From: Neoechinorhynchus agilis
Taxonomy: Eukaryota > Animalia > Acanthocephala
Length of the DNA: 64,000 nt
Direction of reading: 5' to 3'
Assembly: GCA_051530055.1 (NCBI GenBank)
Contig: CM121341.1
Span: forward strand, 14,672,784-14,736,783
The first letter of the stretch is position 1; every line of letters starts with the position of its first letter. The position numbers and the translations under genes were made by a program. Positions 61,116-64,000 of the stretch are shown one piece after another. Under the pieces are notes generated by a model that did no database searches, was not told the origin of the DNA, and saw only the letters and a program-made list of their open reading frames with translations.

Positions 61116-61908
61116 TCAATGACCCCTTCGTCTGTTGTTTGTCCATTTTATAACCTTGATAGGTGTTGGTTTATCGTCATCTACATTATGCTCTTGACTG
61201 TTCGTTTCACCGTCCATATCGACGTCCTCGTCACCAAAAGGCGACTCATGGATGCTCGTAAGTTTATTTGAAGTTGTCAATAGACAATTACGTTTTAAAT
61301 GAGCCACTGACCCGCACGAATGGCAGCAACCACCATCAGGATATATTGATCCATTGTTAGGTTTCTCAGGGCAGGACCTCGCAATATGACCGATCTTATT
61401 GCATAGGAAACACATTGCAAAATTGAAAGACTCTGAACTCGAATGACAATCTTTTGTCCTATGTTCTCCTGAACCACATTTAAGACATCCACATCCTTTT
61501 CCTTCGATTTTTGGACACTCGCTTAACATATGACCGCGTTGTCGACAACCAAAACAAACGCTCTTCTTGTTTCTCTTCCTACGAGCATATTGAGATGCTT
61601 TAAACTCCCCTGTTTGGTCACCTATTGTCAATCGATTAATCTGCTTTAAAGATAACCTTTTGGCGCAAGAATAAGTCATAAGGCAATCAACCTATCAATA
61701 CGCGCTCTCGACGTCCATGTTGACGGCGTAATCGCCGACGTTTTGGTTCTGTTTCTTTATAATTCCCATTTGCCAGCTCACGGCGCTTTCGACTCATTTT
61801 TAGACGATTAATGTCGTCCACGAGTTCGTCCAAATCCGACGAGGGTTGTGATTTCATTATGCTCGCTTTACGAACTTGGCGACGTTGTTTCCGAACTTTC
61901 AGAGACAT
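61116..61908 (-). CDS. ZCCHC9: CCHC zinc-knuckle protein ZCCHC9-like (probably two exons; the knuckle ORF alone is 61116-61679)
   Basis: Four CX2CX4HX4C knuckles with FAMCFLC...GHIARSCP...IYPDGGCC..CGSVAHLKRNC. The upstream basic ORF 61687-61908 can be joined in frame by a GT-AG intron. Confidence 0.8.
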
Positions 61909-62559
61909 GGGCTCAAAAGTAAGGTGCTCTTAAATTGTAACAAAAATCAATCAAATTCTTTTCTCAAACCAAAAATCATCTAGTTCAGTAAATTAGAGAA
62001 GTGATTGTATAAGGTCTAAAGACTATCGAGATCGATGTTCTAGTTAGAGAACACGTCCGCCAACAGACGCTTAAGTAGATTATATCATATAGATTTTCGG
62101 GCAATAATTAGGGTACACTTGAGAAAAATTATAGATGTTTTATGCTTGATTTTCAAAGGTCATGAAATTTTAGCATCATTTTTAAAAAGTATTGATTTCT
62201 CCCACGTTTATTGGCTAGAAACGATAAACAGTTTCGAATACGACAGATCTTTCAGTTATAAAAGTATAAAACGAAAAAAATTCAAGTTAATCGATTCAAC
62301 AATATGTCGCACTATCAATCTCAAAGCATCCATCTACTGAGACGTCATCATCAACCAAATATTGCAAAACATCTCCTGCAGCATTATTCTTTCGTATCTG
62401 TGTGTCATTAGAGCTGCTTTTAATAGCTAGATTGTTTCGACGCGTTTTACGATCACATTTAGAACGGTGATGTAGCGTTGTTGTTGAAGGTGATTTATTA
62501 GTCGTTTAGAAAACTATTAAGGAATTCAATTTAGTGTTTGTAAAAACTTCGACAATAAT

Positions 62560-63590
62560 TCCTCACACGTCACCCATCACATTCAACTGGACTTATCGGA
62601 AGCATTCGACTTCGTGTACCATTCACTCCTTCAAAAGTTACTTAAGTTGCCCCATTGCTCTCCAAGCTATAGCTCTCTGTCGGCTGACATCCGCACTCAC
62701 CTCAGGAACGACAGCTCCCAGATAGACATACCGCTCTATCTGTTTTAATTACTCAACGTCATTCGGCTCTTCGCCAGAGACTGTATGCGCGACATGAGGA
62801 ATCGTCAAGAATTCCGTCTTTTCCGAGTTGATGGTCAGACCAATCATACTCGCCCTCTCGCACAGTCTATTTAGCATGCGTTGAGCTCCTTCGACTGTTG
62901 AGGACATCAATACGATGTGGTCGGCATATGCCATGTAGGAGGCGCGTATCTCAGGATACCTGCGACCTCTTTTCCTCAACAGAAGAAATCCATCTTCATC
63001 ATTCGGTAGTGCCCATCTCATTACCCAATCAAGCACCAAGATGAAGAGGAAAAAAGCCAATGTGTCGCCCTGCAGAACAACTGAAGCGGTGGAAAAGTAT
63101 CTGAAAGCAGAGGACCTATTCCGTCGCCAATAATACATTCAATGTCGGGTTACCTCCTCGATCAGAATATTCCTCGAGTTGCTGCTCGATATTTTTCTAA
63201 ACGAACTTTAGCCTCTTCTCTAACTTTGCCGACGATCTCCCCCTCATTATAAAATCACCACCCCACGTCTCCCTCTCCTCAACATCTAACGAAATTATCC
63301 ACATGAAAGATTTCTGCAACAATCACAAAGTCCACTTGAATTTCTCTAAATGCTTCGAAATGATCCCTTCATTCTCCCGCAACTCCACACTCTCCCCCTA
63401 GCTTATTCTGGGTCTCCGATTTCAATCAAACCTGAAATGGGACCCGCACATTACCCTCTCCCTCACACGCAATACTTTTGTAGTTTACCTCATCAAACGC
63501 CTCCGACATTTAGGAATCTTTTCACCCGATCTCTCCAAATTTTACTATAGCTTTATTTTAACCTCCCTCAACTGCGGTTATCCCGTAAAA
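62560..63590 (+). mobile_element. Decayed CR1/L2-like LINE reverse transcriptase, interrupted at ~62735-63135
   Basis: LDLSEAFDFVYHSLL; after the interruption NVGLPPRS..LELLLDIFLNEL, FADDL, HLNFSKC, ILGLRFQSNLKWDPHI, YLIKRLRHLG, with stops and frameshifts. Confidence 0.75.
62740..63135 (-). mobile_element. RTE-like LINE reverse-transcriptase internal fragment
   Basis: VLQGDTLAFFLFILVLDWVMR...YADHIVLMSSTVEGAQRML...GLTINSEKTEFL; YADD is altered to YADH. Confidence 0.8.
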
Positions 63591-63640
63591 TTCCTCGCCT
63601 TGAAATGTTTCATTAAAGAGCATCTCAAATTTGCACACTA

Positions 63641-64000
63641 TACAGGGTGTAACACACCCATAGTACCCCCCCTCCACAAGGAAAACTATAACAGATATTC
63701 TGATGCGGCTTTCAGGGTTTGAAGGCTTATTTCAATACGCTTCTAACGATATATAACTTTGCCCACATTTGGCTGCATTCGACAGCGAGGAAGCGCGGCA
63801 CGCTGACCGTATCCGTGCCATCACGTCCCGGGAGGCCCGCGATGCCGGCGCCAAGTTCATCACTCGCCCCTGGGTGGCCAAGCGCATCAATCGCAGTGAA
63901 CAGTTCGTGAAGTGCAACTGGAATGGCGATGTGTACAACTGTGGAATGATTCAGAACTCTGTACTCGGCAGGCGCACCCTGTCCGACCAGTCGAAGGCGA
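63641..64000 (+). mobile_element. Left end of a Tc1/mariner-superfamily DNA transposon (runs off the window)
   Basis: TA followed by CAGGGTG (63641-63649). Open frame from 63769: AAFDSEEARHADRIRAITSREARDAGAKFITRPWVAKRINRSEQFVKCNW...GRRTLSDQSK, an HTH-type transposase N-terminus. The DDE domain lies outside the window. Confidence 0.7.

Noticed and set aside
1-64000. Reassigned stop codons, prompted by in-frame stops at ~10263, ~33970, ~34050 and 54361
   Set aside because: Each can be removed by ordinary short introns. Identified genes end in TAA or TGA, and MED13 exons of 600-760 codons contain no internal stops.
1-64000. CRISPR arrays, rRNA, tRNA genes, telomeric repeats
   Set aside because: No constant-repeat/unique-spacer array, no cloverleaf with A and B boxes, no rRNA conserved blocks and no TTAGGG-type runs were seen by eye.

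Overview
AT-rich, gene-dense window from a compact animal genome with mostly ~35-55 nt GT-AG introns; the species cannot be named from sequence alone. Recognisable genes: B9D2, a KSR-family pseudokinase, an EF-hand/WD40 gene, cytoplasmic dynein intermediate chain, 6-phosphogluconate dehydrogenase, a shortened eIF2-beta head-to-head with MED13, an E-protein (TCF4/daughterless) bHLH, LYAR, PDIA6 and ZCCHC9, plus several orphan genes. The most striking accessory structure is a set of hammerhead-ribozyme (HHR)-bearing palindromic retroelement insertions. One is a recent 2.26-kb Penelope-like (GIY-YIG) insertion built as two 1053-bp inverted arms with a 12-bp target-site duplication and a minimal HHR at each outer end, inside an intron of an orphan membrane-protein gene. 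Two further families of non-coding mini-elements (five loci) consist of little more than an HHR-bearing 3' end; three of these loci show the same 3'-ends-outward inverted layout, and two of them lie in host introns. Also present: CRE-clade, CR1/L2-like and RTE-like LINE fragments, a GC-rich Tc1/mariner start, several MITE-like families (one with an unusually conserved foldable core) and a G-rich minisatellite. All protein and RNA assignments are by eye and from recalled family motifs; no database searches or folding programs were run.
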